From Candidatus Gottesmanbacteria bacterium UBA6580 (GTDB taxonomy: Bacteria > Patescibacteriota > Microgenomatia > UBA10105 > UBA927), in contig DJJA01000005.1 of the NCBI GenBank assembly GCA_002433895.1, positions 3,883 through 67,882 of the forward strand: 64,000 bases of DNA. Reading direction: 5' to 3'. The notes under the pieces were generated by a model. The model did not search any database. It was not told where the DNA came from and saw only the letters and a program-made list of their open reading frames with translations. Shown one piece after another: positions 10,901-22,593 of the stretch. The translations under genes were made by a program, and so were the position numbers. Within the stretch, counting starts at the first letter, position 1. Each line of letters starts with the position of its first letter.

Positions 10901-11167
10901 GACCGGGTGCAAACGGTCGGGATGGTGGCGCAGGTGAAGAAAATTGTGACCAGAAACGGCGGCAGCGAGATGGCATTTATCCGGCTAGAGGATCTGTCCG
11001 GAAATATCGAAGTTGTGATTTTTCCCAAGATTTATGCGCGTACTTCACAAGTATGGGTACGCGATGCGGTGGTGATGATCGCAGGAAAAGTTGATCAGAA
11101 AGACGACCGGTTGGTGCTCCTTGCGGATGAGGTGCGCCCGGTAGACACCCGGAGCACACTGGCGTAG
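7937..11167 (+). CDS. dnaE: DNA polymerase III alpha subunit
   Basis: PHP domain start (FVHLHVHSEFSLLDG), a polymerase core of about 1,080 aa, and a C-terminal OB fold. The start is placed at the ATG at 7937, just after the gatB stop. Confidence 0.9.
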   Translation: MANFVHLHVHSEFSLLDGLGKLDQLINRTKELGMDTLAITDHGAMYGSFKFYLKAKAAGIKPIIGVETYVARRSRFDKEGKIDTDPYHLVLLAKNEVGYRNLLKLVTQAHLEGYYYKPRIDWDLLKDHHEGLIAFSSCLAGQVPQLLMQDKLKEAEEVASKYAELFGPDHYYIELQKHPNIPEIEETNKKLVALSRKLGLPLVATNDVHYVNADDAEAQEILLCVQTQRTIVEKNRPLSMMSSPDFYLRSPEEMTELFMQYPEAIENTVKIAAMCDITLSVGKWILPKFPVPNDDKPEVYLRALVEERLPNRYKNVTDEIKERINYELDIITKKGYATYFLIVSDFVNWAKSQKIGVGPGRGSAAGSVVSYILGITGIDPLFFHLPFERFLNPMRPSPPDIDLDFADDRRDEVIAYVTQRYGDDKVAQIITFGTMEARGAVRDAGRALGMPYAQPDRISKMIPPGAQGAGMTIDRAIEISPELSAAYRAEPETKRLLDVARKLEGVARHASVHAAGVVIADKPLVEYTPLQRESKGDRVVTQYDMYTVGEDGVGLLKMDFLGLRNLTIMAAALKFLEQTKNLAIDLYSLPLTDKKTFEMLAIGETTGVFQLESAGMRRYIKELKPTTIYDLMAMVALFRPGPMQVIPQYIARKNNPKSITYPDPRLADVLKQSYGLICYQDDVLLTAITLAGYSWGDADKLRKAVGKKIPSEMKKQQEKFIQGCVKNGMTQSKAEEVFHLIEPFAGYGFNKAHAACYAVIAYQTAYLKANYPVEYMTAVLTAESRANTGDTRDEKIAMIVAECKRTGITLLPPDINKSDIEFSIEDGKVRFGLSAIKNVGEAAIESILKTRVSDGVFTSFTDFLRRVDVSKVNKKTLESLIRTGAMDAFGSRAAILSTLETKLAQVHKDRKAASLGQTGLFDVGDPKEAAHHDHLPNIPELTSQELLAFEKQLLGFYLTAHPLEKVMERFSTMDSVTPIAQVTEERVGDRVQTVGMVAQVKKIVTRNGGSEMAFIRLEDLSGNIEVVIFPKIYARTSQVWVRDAVVMIAGKVDQKDDRLVLLADEVRPVDTRSTLA

Positions 11168-11191
11168 TGTATTTATTGACGATCAAAAGTA

Positions 11192-11536
11192 TTGTGGGAT
11201 ACAATAATTATGGATAATACAAAGGAAGAGTTAGTTACATCTGAGGAAGAGTTTGATGTTATCTTAGAAGATGTTGAGACCGGTATCCGCCCACGGAAAG
11301 TGAAATCGGTAGAAAAAAAGAAGACACGAGGCGGCGGGTGGGAATATGCAGGGATTGCCGGGCAGATAGGATTTGAGATAGCATTACCAATGGTATTGGG
11401 ATTGGTCATAGGTACGAAGCTCGATGAGCGGTGGGGTACGCGTCCGAATGTGACGCTTATTTTATTTAGCCTCGGGTTAGTGCTCGCATGTACATCACTG
11501 ATACGTATTGTCCGGGAGGTTCTTGGTAAGCGATAA
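11192..11536 (+). CDS. small two-TM protein, AtpZ/AtpI-like, leading the ATP synthase operon
   Basis: Two hydrophobic helices. It sits where atpI/atpZ genes sit, upstream of atpB. Confidence 0.4.
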   Translation: MWDTIIMDNTKEELVTSEEEFDVILEDVETGIRPRKVKSVEKKKTRGGGWEYAGIAGQIGFEIALPMVLGLVIGTKLDERWGTRPNVTLILFSLGLVLACTSLIRIVREVLGKR

Positions 11537-11563
11537 TTGCCGGATAGATTTTATTTTTAGGGC

Positions 11564-12490
11564 ATGACGTTACATATATCATTAGCAGCTGAACGCTTAT
11601 GGACAGTCTGGGGACTGCCCATTTCTAATTCGCTTCTCACCGCATGGGTAGTGATGGGGTTACTCATCGTACTATCTGTTCTTGCTACCCGGAAGCTCAC
11701 CATGGTGCCCAGCACCGGTCAGTTGATTGCAGAAACGTTGGTGGGTGGATTGCATGACTTTTTTGGCGCCATCGCCGGCAAGCGTCTCGATCAATTTTTT
11801 CCGCTTATCGCGTCATTGTTTATATTTATTCTCGCGGCGAACTGGGTAGGACTACTGCCGGGTGTTGGTACGGTAGGTTATTTCCGTTCGGAAAAAGCGG
11901 AAGCAGCGGTAGAACAACAAGCAGCCGTTATACCAGGTGCCGAAGTGGCAGTTCCTACCGAGGAAGATAGCCATGCGCCTGCCGCGGGTACAGTTGCCGA
12001 AGAAACCACCGCGTCTTCCGCCGCCGCAGCGACAAAAGAAGAGGATGGACACGGAAAAACCGCCTTTGTCCCTATTCTCCGCGGAGCGACCGCTGATTTA
12101 AATATGACGCTTGCACTCGCGGTTGTCGCAGTGATTGCCATGCAATATTTCGGTTTCCGTAATCTTGGTGCGCATTATCTCGGGCGGTTTGTCAATTTCA
12201 AAGACCCAATACTATTTAGCGTCGGTATCCTGGAGCTTGTTTCGGATATATCAAAGGTTGTGTCATTCGCGTTCCGTTTGTTCGGTAACATATTTGCGGG
12301 TGAAGTCCTGCTTGCTGTTATCGCGTTTCTTATGCCGTTTTTCCTGCCATTACCGTTTTTGATGCTCGAGTTGTTTGTCGGCGTTATCCAGGCATTGGTG
12401 TTTTCAATGTTAACAACCGCATTCTTGAACGTCGCGGTGTCACACGGAGAAGAAGAGCACGCTGCAGCTGAGCACCATGCATCAGCATGA
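11564..12490 (+). CDS. atpB: F0F1 ATP synthase subunit a
   Basis: Conserved C-terminal subunit-a region (…FRLFGNIFAGE…LFVGVIQALVFSMLT…). It also contains an Ala/Glu/Thr-rich low-complexity insertion. Confidence 0.85.
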   Translation: MTLHISLAAERLWTVWGLPISNSLLTAWVVMGLLIVLSVLATRKLTMVPSTGQLIAETLVGGLHDFFGAIAGKRLDQFFPLIASLFIFILAANWVGLLPGVGTVGYFRSEKAEAAVEQQAAVIPGAEVAVPTEEDSHAPAAGTVAEETTASSAAAATKEEDGHGKTAFVPILRGATADLNMTLALAVVAVIAMQYFGFRNLGAHYLGRFVNFKDPILFSVGILELVSDISKVVSFAFRLFGNIFAGEVLLAVIAFLMPFFLPLPFLMLELFVGVIQALVFSMLTTAFLNVAVSHGEEEHAAAEHHASA

Positions 12491-12587
12491 TGCATATTGC
12501 GCAAATATAGATTGAAGGTATACTTATAAACATTAATCGCTGGGGAATGATAAAAATTCCGAAGCAAAAAAGGGGGTGAGTTAGAAA

Positions 12588-12815
12588 ATGGATGAAGCAT
12601 CAATTCGTATTGTTATGATGGGTTTGACCGTAGCACTTGGTGGATTAGCACCAGCTATGGCCATCGGTTTACTCACCGGTAAAGCATTGGAAGCTATGGG
12701 TAGAAACCCCGAAGCTTCTGGAGAAATCCGGACAACCATGATTTTGGGAGTGGCTTTTGCAGAAGCAATTGCTATTTACTCACTCGTCATCGCGTTGATT
12801 ATTAAGTTTGTATAA
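12588..12815 (+). CDS. atpE: F0F1 ATP synthase subunit c
   Basis: 75-aa hairpin proteolipid with the conserved carboxylate helix (…GVAFAEAIAIYSLVIALII…). Confidence 0.85.
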   Translation: MDEASIRIVMMGLTVALGGLAPAMAIGLLTGKALEAMGRNPEASGEIRTTMILGVAFAEAIAIYSLVIALIIKFV

Positions 12816-12838
12816 GGTTTGTAGAAGGAATAGATACC

Positions 12839-13354
12839 ATGGAAAAATTAGGTATAGAACCATCGTTGTTGTTGGCACAGGTCGTCAATTTTTTGGTGAT
12901 CATGGTTGTGCTGCAGAAGCTTCTCTATAAGCCAATTCTCACTATGTTGGAGAAGCGGAAAAAAGAGATTGCCGAAGGGTTACATCTGACGCAAAAAATG
13001 CGTGAGGAAGAAGAGCGCCTCAAAGAAAAGCAGGAAAAGGCGCTCGCCAAAGCCCGTGAGGACGCGCTGCAGATTATTGAAGACGCCAAGAAACAGGCAA
13101 AAGAAACAGAAAAAGAGTTGGTCGCCGAAGCACATACACAGGCGGCTGCTATTATCGCCCGTGCAAAAACTGAGGCTGAGGAGACCAAAAATGCGGCAAC
13201 CTCTGCTATCCGGCGTGAAGCAGTCGATTTGGCGGTCGTAATGGCAAAGCGGTTACTTACCTCTGTCATGGGGGTAAAAGAGCAGCATGCACTTATTTCC
13301 AAACGCGTCAAAGACCTGGAGAGTTGGGTCGCACGGGAGGAAAAAAAGTCCTGA
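12839..13354 (+). CDS. atpF: F0F1 ATP synthase subunit b
   Basis: N-terminal TM helix followed by a long charged coiled coil. The operon position fits. Confidence 0.8.
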   Translation: MEKLGIEPSLLLAQVVNFLVIMVVLQKLLYKPILTMLEKRKKEIAEGLHLTQKMREEEERLKEKQEKALAKAREDALQIIEDAKKQAKETEKELVAEAHTQAAAIIARAKTEAEETKNAATSAIRREAVDLAVVMAKRLLTSVMGVKEQHALISKRVKDLESWVAREEKKS

Positions 13355-13379
13355 TAAAGGGCTATTCATAGAATACTGT

Positions 13380-13733
13380 ATGAAATCTGTTTCCAAAGAT
13401 GCTCGAGGATTTGTGGAAGGGGTAATTAGCCATCTGAAGCGTGGCAAATCGGGTAATGTTGCCCCGAAAGTGCAGTCATTGTTACTTAAAATGACGGCCA
13501 CCGCCAAACACGAACATCAGGCAAAAGTCGAGTCCGCGGTGAAACTGACAAGCGCTGAGATTCAGGCGATTGCCCGGGTATTATCGAAAGTCGCCGGACA
13601 CGAAGTGAGTCTGACGGCGGAAGTAAATCCCGCGCTTATCGGTGGACTGCGCATTACGATGGCAGATTGGGTGATGGATTCTAGTATCCGCAATGAACTG
13701 AAAGAAATGGCATCAATAGTTACTGTTTCCTAA
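13380..13733 (+). CDS. atpH: F0F1 ATP synthase subunit delta (short form)
   Basis: It lies between atpF and atpA and ends with the delta C-terminal motif (…LIGGLRIT…). At only about 117 aa it lacks most of the usual N-terminal domain. The start is set at an internal ATG, because the longer ORF would overlap atpF. Confidence 0.6.
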   Translation: MKSVSKDARGFVEGVISHLKRGKSGNVAPKVQSLLLKMTATAKHEHQAKVESAVKLTSAEIQAIARVLSKVAGHEVSLTAEVNPALIGGLRITMADWVMDSSIRNELKEMASIVTVS

Positions 13734-13742
13734 ATTTATCGT

Positions 13743-15251
13743 ATGAAAACAAGCGCTGCATCATTTATCGCAAAAGAATTAGTCAAAAAGCTCGAAAGCT
13801 TTGAATCAAATGTAACCGCCCGGCGGGTCGGGTATGTGACGACGTTGGCAGACAGCGTCGCCAAGGCATCGGGTCTCCCGGGAGCCAAATACCTGGAGCT
13901 CGTGACGTTTGCAAATGGTGTGACGGGGGTCGTCGTAAATCTTGAAGAAGACGAAGTCGGTATCATGGTACTTGGTGATTATCTCACCCTCAAAGAAGGC
14001 GATGAGGTGCGAAGTACCGGAACATTACTTTCTGTGCCGGTCAGTGAGGCATTTTTAGGAAGAGTAATTAATCCACTCGGTATTCCTATTGATGGCAAGG
14101 GCAATGTGACGACAAAAACCCGGTACCCCATGGAACAGATAGCCTCCGGTGTCGTACACCGCCAGGCAGTCACGACCCCGCTTCAGACGGGTATCAAGGC
14201 GATCGACGCAATGATCCCGATTGGCCGCGGACAGCGGGAGCTTATTATCGGCGACCGTAGCACGGGGAAAACCGCCATTGCTGTTGACACGATTATCAAT
14301 CAGAAAGGCGAAGATGTTATCTGTATTTATATCGCGATCGGCCAGAAAACATCACGCGTGGCACAGGTTATCGCTGATTTAGAGAAACATAACGCTATGG
14401 CACACACGATTATCGTGTCTGCAAGCGCGAGTGATCCGGTGACGTACCAATATCTTGCGCCGTACGCCGGTTGCGCGATTGGTGAATACTTCATGGACAA
14501 AGGAAAAGACGTCTTAGTCATCTATGATGATCTTTCCAAACACGCATGGGCATACCGCCAGATTTCGCTTACACTCCGCAGGCCATCAGGCCGTGAGGCA
14601 TATCCGGGAGATGTATTTTATCTCCACAGCCGGTTGCTCGAGCGCGCGTGCCGGCTTTCCAAAGCACGGGGAGGCGGATCAATTACCGCGCTGCCGATTA
14701 TCGAAACACAAGCGGGAGACATGTCGGCTTACATTCCCACCAACGTTATTTCCATTACCGACGGCCAGATTTATCTGGAATCTGACTTGTTTAATAGCGG
14801 GCAGCGGCCGGCAGTAAACGTCGGGCTTTCGGTGTCGCGTGTCGGCGGAAGCGCGCAGATAAAAGCCATGAAAAAGGTCGCGGGTAATCTCCGTCTCGAC
14901 TTGGCACAATTCCGGGATTTGGCAGCATTTGCCCAGTTTGCTGCTGACGTCGATGAAACGACCAAAAAACAAATCGCGCGGGGAAGCCGCATGATGGAGC
15001 TTTTGAAACAGGGGCAATTCCAGCCGGTATCGGTCGCCGCTCAGGTCGTGATTATGTGGGCAGGAGCCAAGGGTCATCTTGATGACATTCCGGTTAAGCG
15101 GATTACTGATTTTGAACAGCAATTCATCGCGTACGTCCAGGCACGCCAAAAGAAGGCACTCACCGCAATCGCGAAAGAAAAGGTGATGTCGCCAGAGGTG
15201 GAAAAAAGCCTGGAAGCAGCAATAGCTGACTTTAAAAAAGGATTTAACTAA
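13743..15251 (+). CDS. atpA: F0F1 ATP synthase subunit alpha
   Basis: Walker A GDRSTGKT, 502 aa, strongly conserved alpha-subunit sequence. Confidence 0.95.
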   Translation: MKTSAASFIAKELVKKLESFESNVTARRVGYVTTLADSVAKASGLPGAKYLELVTFANGVTGVVVNLEEDEVGIMVLGDYLTLKEGDEVRSTGTLLSVPVSEAFLGRVINPLGIPIDGKGNVTTKTRYPMEQIASGVVHRQAVTTPLQTGIKAIDAMIPIGRGQRELIIGDRSTGKTAIAVDTIINQKGEDVICIYIAIGQKTSRVAQVIADLEKHNAMAHTIIVSASASDPVTYQYLAPYAGCAIGEYFMDKGKDVLVIYDDLSKHAWAYRQISLTLRRPSGREAYPGDVFYLHSRLLERACRLSKARGGGSITALPIIETQAGDMSAYIPTNVISITDGQIYLESDLFNSGQRPAVNVGLSVSRVGGSAQIKAMKKVAGNLRLDLAQFRDLAAFAQFAADVDETTKKQIARGSRMMELLKQGQFQPVSVAAQVVIMWAGAKGHLDDIPVKRITDFEQQFIAYVQARQKKALTAIAKEKVMSPEVEKSLEAAIADFKKGFN

Positions 15252-15257
15252 TCATTC

Positions 15258-17539
<2,282 letters not shown>

Positions 17540-17542
17540 CCC

Positions 17543-17968
17543 ATGCAATTTCTTCTTGATGTCATTACGCCGCAGCGGAAAGCGTTTTCGGAAATGGTAG
17601 ACGCGGTTTCCGTGCCGACCCCTGACGGCACCATAGAAGTGCTTTCCAAGCACCAGCCATTGTTTACGCAGTTAGCCCCCGGCGAAGTAAAAATTATTGC
17701 CGGCGGCAAGGAGTATTATCTTGCTATCGGCGGGGGATTTATGGAAGTCCGCCGCAAAGGAGAAACAACAATCCTTGTTTCCCGTGCGGTGCGGGCGGAT
17801 GAAATAAACGAAGCAGAAATCAAAAAAGCAATGGATTCCGCGAAGGATCTGATCGCGAGAAAAGCCAAAGGTGAAGAATTGGCATCGGCAATCGCGGTAC
17901 TGCAGCGATCGATGCTCGAACTCAAAGTAAGCAAACGGAAGCACCGCGCGCCCTACCGCATCCAGTAA
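17543..17968 (+). CDS. atpC: F0F1 ATP synthase subunit epsilon
   Basis: 141 aa, last gene of the operon, epsilon-like beta-sandwich plus helical tail. Confidence 0.8.
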   Translation: MQFLLDVITPQRKAFSEMVDAVSVPTPDGTIEVLSKHQPLFTQLAPGEVKIIAGGKEYYLAIGGGFMEVRRKGETTILVSRAVRADEINEAEIKKAMDSAKDLIARKAKGEELASAIAVLQRSMLELKVSKRKHRAPYRIQ

Positions 17969-17979
17969 TTCCTCTGATA

Positions 17980-18010
17980 TTGACAGTCGCTTCTTTGTGT
18001 GTGCTATACT
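17980..18010 (+). promoter_or_regulatory. sigma70-like promoter upstream of the CBS gene (TTGACA … TGcTATACT)
   Basis: TTGACA at 17980-17985 and an extended -10 TATACT at 18005-18010, spaced 19 nt apart, located 15 nt upstream of the ATG at 18026. Confidence 0.4.
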
Positions 18011-18025
18011 TTCTAAAATTACATC

Positions 18026-18547
18026 ATGACTGTATCAGAGATAATGACCAGAGATGTGATGACCGTAAGCCCGGACTCCACCTATCGTGACCTCTGCAAA
18101 AAGATTTTTACCTCGCATATCCATACCCTCCCTGTCGTCACCCGTGACAATAAGCTCGTCGGCATAGTGACCCGTAGAGATATCCTCGAGCGGATTTATC
18201 CCAAGTATCAGGACGTGATGGATTATCTGGAGACACCGCAGGATTTTGAAGCCATGGAAGAGCGTATCAAAGACATGGCGCCTATTAAAGCCAAGGATAT
18301 TATGTGTAAAACCGTCATTTTCGCCCGTGAAACGACGCTCGTGATGCGCGCGCTTTCGCGGATGATCGTGCGGCATGTCGACCAGTTGCCGATATTAAAT
18401 GATGACGACCAGGTGGTGGGTATGGTGACCAAGGGGGATATTTTTTATTCGCTATTCCGCAAGCACATGGCGGGCGAGCGCCGGCCGGACAGAGTACGGC
18501 AGGAAACGGAAAAACGTCAGCGTGTCAAACAGCGTAAGGTAAAATAA
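18026..18547 (+). CDS. CBS-pair domain protein
   Basis: Two CBS motifs (…HTLPVVTRDNKLVGIVTRRDIL… and …QLPILNDDDQVVGMVTKGDIF…). Confidence 0.7.
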   Translation: MTVSEIMTRDVMTVSPDSTYRDLCKKIFTSHIHTLPVVTRDNKLVGIVTRRDILERIYPKYQDVMDYLETPQDFEAMEERIKDMAPIKAKDIMCKTVIFARETTLVMRALSRMIVRHVDQLPILNDDDQVVGMVTKGDIFYSLFRKHMAGERRPDRVRQETEKRQRVKQRKVK

Positions 18548-18615
18548 CCGGAAATTATACTCCCAGTCAGACGGTAAAAAGTTGACGGGGAGGGTATTTT
18601 TTGGTATCTTAAACC

Positions 18616-20298
18616 ATGCACTCTACAGAAACCAAATATATTTTTGTTTCTGGCGGGGTACTCTCAGGATTAGGAAAGGGGATTACCACCGCTTCTATTG
18701 GCTTCCTTCTTCAGGCAAGAGGTTATCGGGTCACCCCCGTAAAATTTGAAAACTACCTCAACGTCGATTCCGGCCTTATCAATCCTATTGAGCACGGTGA
18801 TCCGTTTCTGTGTGATGACGGCACTGAAGCTGACATGGACATGGGAACCTATGAGAAATTTCTGGGTAAAAATGTCCACCGGCACAATTTCGTGACCATG
18901 GGACAGATATATACTGCCGTTATCAACCGTGAACGGAATTTTGAATATAAAGGCGAAGATGTTGAGGCTATCCCCCATATCACCGACGAAATTCTTAAGC
19001 GGATAGAAGACGCAGCGAAAAAAGATGACGCGGAAATCGTGGTAATCGAGCTTGGCGGTACCGCTGGTGAATACCAAAACATGCTCTACTATGAAGCATC
19101 CCGGATTTTGAAAACGGTGAAAAAAGCTCCCGTCGTGCACGTGCATGTGAGTTATTTGCCCACTCCGCATCATCTCGGGGAGCCTAAAACAAAGCCAACA
19201 CAGCTTTCCGTAAAGTTTTTACTTTCAATGGGTATCCAACCGGACTTTATCGTTTGCCGTGGTGAAAAGGCGATCGATGTGAGACGCAGGGAACGGCTGG
19301 CGATGTTTTGTAATGTCGATGCGGATAACGTCATCAGCAATCCCGATGAAGATACGCCGTATGCCGTGCCCCGGACATTTGAAGAACAGGGGTTTGCGCA
19401 GAAAATCCTGAAGCTATTTGGATTACCTGACCGACCGGTGGAGATGGAAAAATGGACGCAACTATTGGCGCGAGTCAAGGAAAGCAAAAAGAAAGTGATC
19501 GAAGTTGCTATCGTGGGGAAGTACTTTGGAACGGGTGATTATGAGCTCCGGGATTCGTACGCCGCGCTGATGGACTCTCTTGATCATGCCGGGTGGGCAG
19601 AGGGCGTCACGGTCAAAACACGTTGGGTAAACTCCGAAAAGATAGAAAAAGGAAAAAAGCCGGAAGAGCTGCTCAAAGGGGTCGCCGGCGTTATTGTGCC
19701 CATAGGGTGGGGAGCACGGGGTGTGGAAGGAATGCTTGAGGCTATCCGGTTTGCACGGGAACAGAAAATTCCCTACCTTGGGCTTTGTTATGGCATGCAA
19801 CTTGCCGTTGTGGAATACGCGCGGAATGTCTTGCAGCTAAAGGGCGCCAATACGACCGAATGTGACGAAAAGACACCGTTTCCGGTGATCCACATGAATC
19901 CGATGCAGGAAGAGAATCAGAAGCGCCGGGCGTATGGCGGCACCATGCGGCTCGGGAGATGGGAGTGTAAAGTAAAGGAAGGCTCACTCGCCGATCAAAG
20001 TTACCTTACGCACAAAGGTTATAGTGACGAAAGCAAGAAAACCGTATGGGAACGTCACCGGCACCGATACGAGTTTAACGACGAGTTCGCCACACAATTG
20101 GAAGAAAAAGGGTTGATATTTTCCGGGCGGTCAATCGTCGAAAACCTGGCGGAAATTATTGAATTACCCACGAGTGTGCACCCGTTTTTCCTCGGTACCC
20201 AGTATCATCCGGAATACCGTTCAAGCCCCTTAGTTCCCCATCCATTATTTATCAGCTATATCCGAGCTTGTATCAATCAGGCTGGGATGGTAAAATAA
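18616..20298 (+). CDS. pyrG: CTP synthase
   Basis: Conserved N-terminus ([18 protein letters not shown]) and a C-terminal GATase domain (GLCYGMQ). Confidence 0.95.
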   Translation: MHSTETKYIFVSGGVLSGLGKGITTASIGFLLQARGYRVTPVKFENYLNVDSGLINPIEHGDPFLCDDGTEADMDMGTYEKFLGKNVHRHNFVTMGQIYTAVINRERNFEYKGEDVEAIPHITDEILKRIEDAAKKDDAEIVVIELGGTAGEYQNMLYYEASRILKTVKKAPVVHVHVSYLPTPHHLGEPKTKPTQLSVKFLLSMGIQPDFIVCRGEKAIDVRRRERLAMFCNVDADNVISNPDEDTPYAVPRTFEEQGFAQKILKLFGLPDRPVEMEKWTQLLARVKESKKKVIEVAIVGKYFGTGDYELRDSYAALMDSLDHAGWAEGVTVKTRWVNSEKIEKGKKPEELLKGVAGVIVPIGWGARGVEGMLEAIRFAREQKIPYLGLCYGMQLAVVEYARNVLQLKGANTTECDEKTPFPVIHMNPMQEENQKRRAYGGTMRLGRWECKVKEGSLADQSYLTHKGYSDESKKTVWERHRHRYEFNDEFATQLEEKGLIFSGRSIVENLAEIIELPTSVHPFFLGTQYHPEYRSSPLVPHPLFISYIRACINQAGMVK

Positions 20299-20308
20299 GC
20301 ATCTTACT

Positions 20309-20719
20309 ATGGCTAACCACATTGTTTGGACTGGCAAAGACGGTGAAAAAGATCTGAGCGTCGACATGCATGTCGGCGACACGGTCCGTGTGCATTACAA
20401 GCTCATCGAAAAAGAAAAAGTAGCCGGTAAAACCAAGCGGGAAGTCAAAGAAGAGACCCGTGAGCGTATTCAGGTATTTGAAGGTATCGTAATTTCCGTG
20501 AAAGGAAGCGGGGTAAACGCAATGTTTACCGTCCGCAAAATCGGCGCAGCGGCAGTCGGTATTGAGCGTATTTTCCCGTTAATTTCCCCATGGATCCGCA
20601 AGATTGAAGTGAAAAAGCGTGGCGTTACCCGCCGCGCGAAGCTGTACTATCTGCGTGGTAAGATAGGTAAAGATGCTACCCGGATTGCAGAAGTCACCCC
20701 CACACAGGCCGCGAAATAA
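20309..20719 (+). CDS. rplS: 50S ribosomal protein L19
   Basis: L19 signature (…[15 protein letters not shown]…[11 protein letters not shown]…). Confidence 0.85.
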   Translation: MANHIVWTGKDGEKDLSVDMHVGDTVRVHYKLIEKEKVAGKTKREVKEETRERIQVFEGIVISVKGSGVNAMFTVRKIGAAAVGIERIFPLISPWIRKIEVKKRGVTRRAKLYYLRGKIGKDATRIAEVTPTQAAK

Positions 20720-21068
20720 TACCGGCGCGTACGGCGAACAGCTGGCGGTTTCCTATCTTCAGCATCATCATTTCCGAATACTTGAACGGAATTACCGTGC
20801 GGGTCACGGTGAAATCGATATAATTGCGGTTTGGCGGGACACGCTGGTCTTTGTGGAGGTGAAAACACGCATATCGTTTTCCTACGGGCGTCCGGAAGAT
20901 GCAATCAGCAGGAGAAAGCTTCAGGAAATTACGCGTACCGCGCTGATGTATAAACACGGTCACCCGGAGCTTCCGGAGAGTCTCCGTATTGATGTGATTG
21001 CCATCGTGCTCGCTTCATCCGGCGGCGAAGTTATATCTTTCGAGCATATTCCAAATATCACGTTATGA
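20673..21068 (+). CDS. yraN: YraN family (UPF0102) endonuclease
   Basis: …[32 protein letters not shown]…FVEVKTR… matches the YraN core. The exact start is uncertain, because the ORF overlaps the rplS 3' end. Confidence 0.55.
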   Translation: MLPGLQKSPPHRPRNNTGAYGEQLAVSYLQHHHFRILERNYRAGHGEIDIIAVWRDTLVFVEVKTRISFSYGRPEDAISRRKLQEITRTALMYKHGHPELPESLRIDVIAIVLASSGGEVISFEHIPNITL

Positions 21069-21758
21069 CCGTGATTGGCGGGATGTCTTTTCGTGGTCGT
21101 GTTTTATCTTCATGTCGATATCCCAGATGGTTTTCTGCGCGCGGTAAATGTTTATCACAAGATAGAGGATATTAAGTCCGAAAAAAGCTAAAAGCAGCGG
21201 CACAAAAATAATACGGTCAAGAAAAATAAGCATGGTGTTGATAATAATCACCAGCACCCGGAATTCCGACGGTCCGAAGCCTTCTTTTGCGAGTTCCAGC
21301 TGTCCTGTGGCGCCAAAATAAAGAATTACATGGACAAAATACGCCGCGCTTATGGCAAGTACCACAAGCAGTACATATTTGTATTCGTAGGGCGTCAGAA
21401 ACCAGTAACTCATGACAATCGCACACAGAAACAGGTAATCGAGAAAATGATCCATGTAAAATCCCCATTTGATAAGCCCGGTATTCCGGTAACGTCCGAC
21501 TTCACCATCAAGACGGTCAGTAATTGCCTGCGCGAATACGCCGAATGACATGAGCCACAGATAGTGAATATTTTGGATGGCGAGATATCCTCCGACCAGA
21601 ATAAATCCGATCCAGAGGAAAGTTGCCAGCGTGAGATGATATGTTTCAAGCCAGGGCGGCAAATGCGGGATAACGGTTTTCGCGAACGTATCTTCCGTAC
21701 TTTTGAGGAACCAGAAGCCGCGTTTGTCGGCCAGTTTGTTAAACCGCTTGTGTTGCAT
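21063..21758 (-). CDS. CDP-alcohol phosphatidyltransferase family protein
   Basis: Polytopic membrane protein with a D-G-x2-G-R…D…D like motif (ITDRLDGEVGRYRN…DHFLDYL). Confidence 0.5.
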   Translation of the reverse strand: MQHKRFNKLADKRGFWFLKSTEDTFAKTVIPHLPPWLETYHLTLATFLWIGFILVGGYLAIQNIHYLWLMSFGVFAQAITDRLDGEVGRYRNTGLIKWGFYMDHFLDYLFLCAIVMSYWFLTPYEYKYVLLVVLAISAAYFVHVILYFGATGQLELAKEGFGPSEFRVLVIIINTMLIFLDRIIFVPLLLAFFGLNILYLVINIYRAQKTIWDIDMKIKHDHEKTSRQSRS

Positions 21759-21843
21759 TAGCTCTATTCTACTCCTGAGGGCGAGCGGATGGTAACCCCG
21801 TAAAAAAAGCGGGAAGTACCCTTTCCTTGGTATAATAGATCAC

Positions 21844-22590
21844 ATGACTATCCGTGAGATTAGCTTTGTGGCGTTACCGTTTATCGTGGCCATTGTGGTT
21901 AACAAGCTGCTGCAGCGGTTTATCCGTGTGCCAAAAAACCTGGATTCTGCCAGAACCGCTACGTATATCACCGTGCTCAAAAGCATGCTCACATTCATTA
22001 TCTACGCAATCGCCGGCTACATGACGTTTCAGGCCCTCAAGATCGATATGACGCCGGTATTTGCCTCTGCAGGAGTGTTGGGTATTATCATCGGTTTGGG
22101 ACTGCGCTCATTTATCGAAGATATCTTTACCGGTATATTTATATTGACCGAAGATACCATCAGGGTCGGTGATTATGTTGATATTGGTGGATCAGAGGGG
22201 ATCACTGAATCCCTCGGGCTACGCACCGTACGGATACGTGATAAAAATGGCGCCGTGCATATATTCCCCAACCGGGAAATCAAAAAAATCATCAATTATT
22301 CAAAACGTCAGGCGAGGGTGATTGCTGATTTTCCTATTAAATCAAACCAACCACTTGATGGTGTGCTTACGGCGTTGGGTCACGCGATGTCGGAAATAAA
22401 GAAGGATAAACGTCTGGGGCAGTATATACAGGAAAACTCGCGGATTGAAGGCGTCGAAGCGATTAACCCCGGGCATGTCGTGGTACGGGTGCTTATTCTG
22501 ACCCGTGCATCAGAACGGTGGAACGCTGCAAGAACATTCCGGAAGCTCGCCCTTCAGGAACTGGAAAAAGCCAATATCCTCCTTGCCTAA
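21844..22590 (+). CDS. small-conductance mechanosensitive channel (MscS family)
   Basis: Three TM helices followed by the MscS beta-domain (…FTGIFILTEDTIRVGDYVDIGG…IRDKNGAVHIFPN…). Confidence 0.7.
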   Translation: MTIREISFVALPFIVAIVVNKLLQRFIRVPKNLDSARTATYITVLKSMLTFIIYAIAGYMTFQALKIDMTPVFASAGVLGIIIGLGLRSFIEDIFTGIFILTEDTIRVGDYVDIGGSEGITESLGLRTVRIRDKNGAVHIFPNREIKKIINYSKRQARVIADFPIKSNQPLDGVLTALGHAMSEIKKDKRLGQYIQENSRIEGVEAINPGHVVVRVLILTRASERWNAARTFRKLALQELEKANILLA

Positions 22591-22593
22591 CGG

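Noticed and set aside
13287-13379. Apparent atpF/atpH overlap of about 70 nt suggesting a fusion or frameshift
   Set aside because: The delta gene most plausibly starts at the internal ATG at 13380 (MKSVSKD…) after the atpF stop. The upstream extension is out-of-context sequence.
14679-15149. Long antisense ORFs inside atpA, atpD, dnaE, pyrG and other genes (for example 14679..15149 -, 16240..16851 -, 8429..8995 -, 18670..19173 -)
   Set aside because: They overlap strongly conserved genes on the opposite strand and have low-complexity, non-protein-like translations. These are shadow ORFs typical of GC-rich coding DNA.
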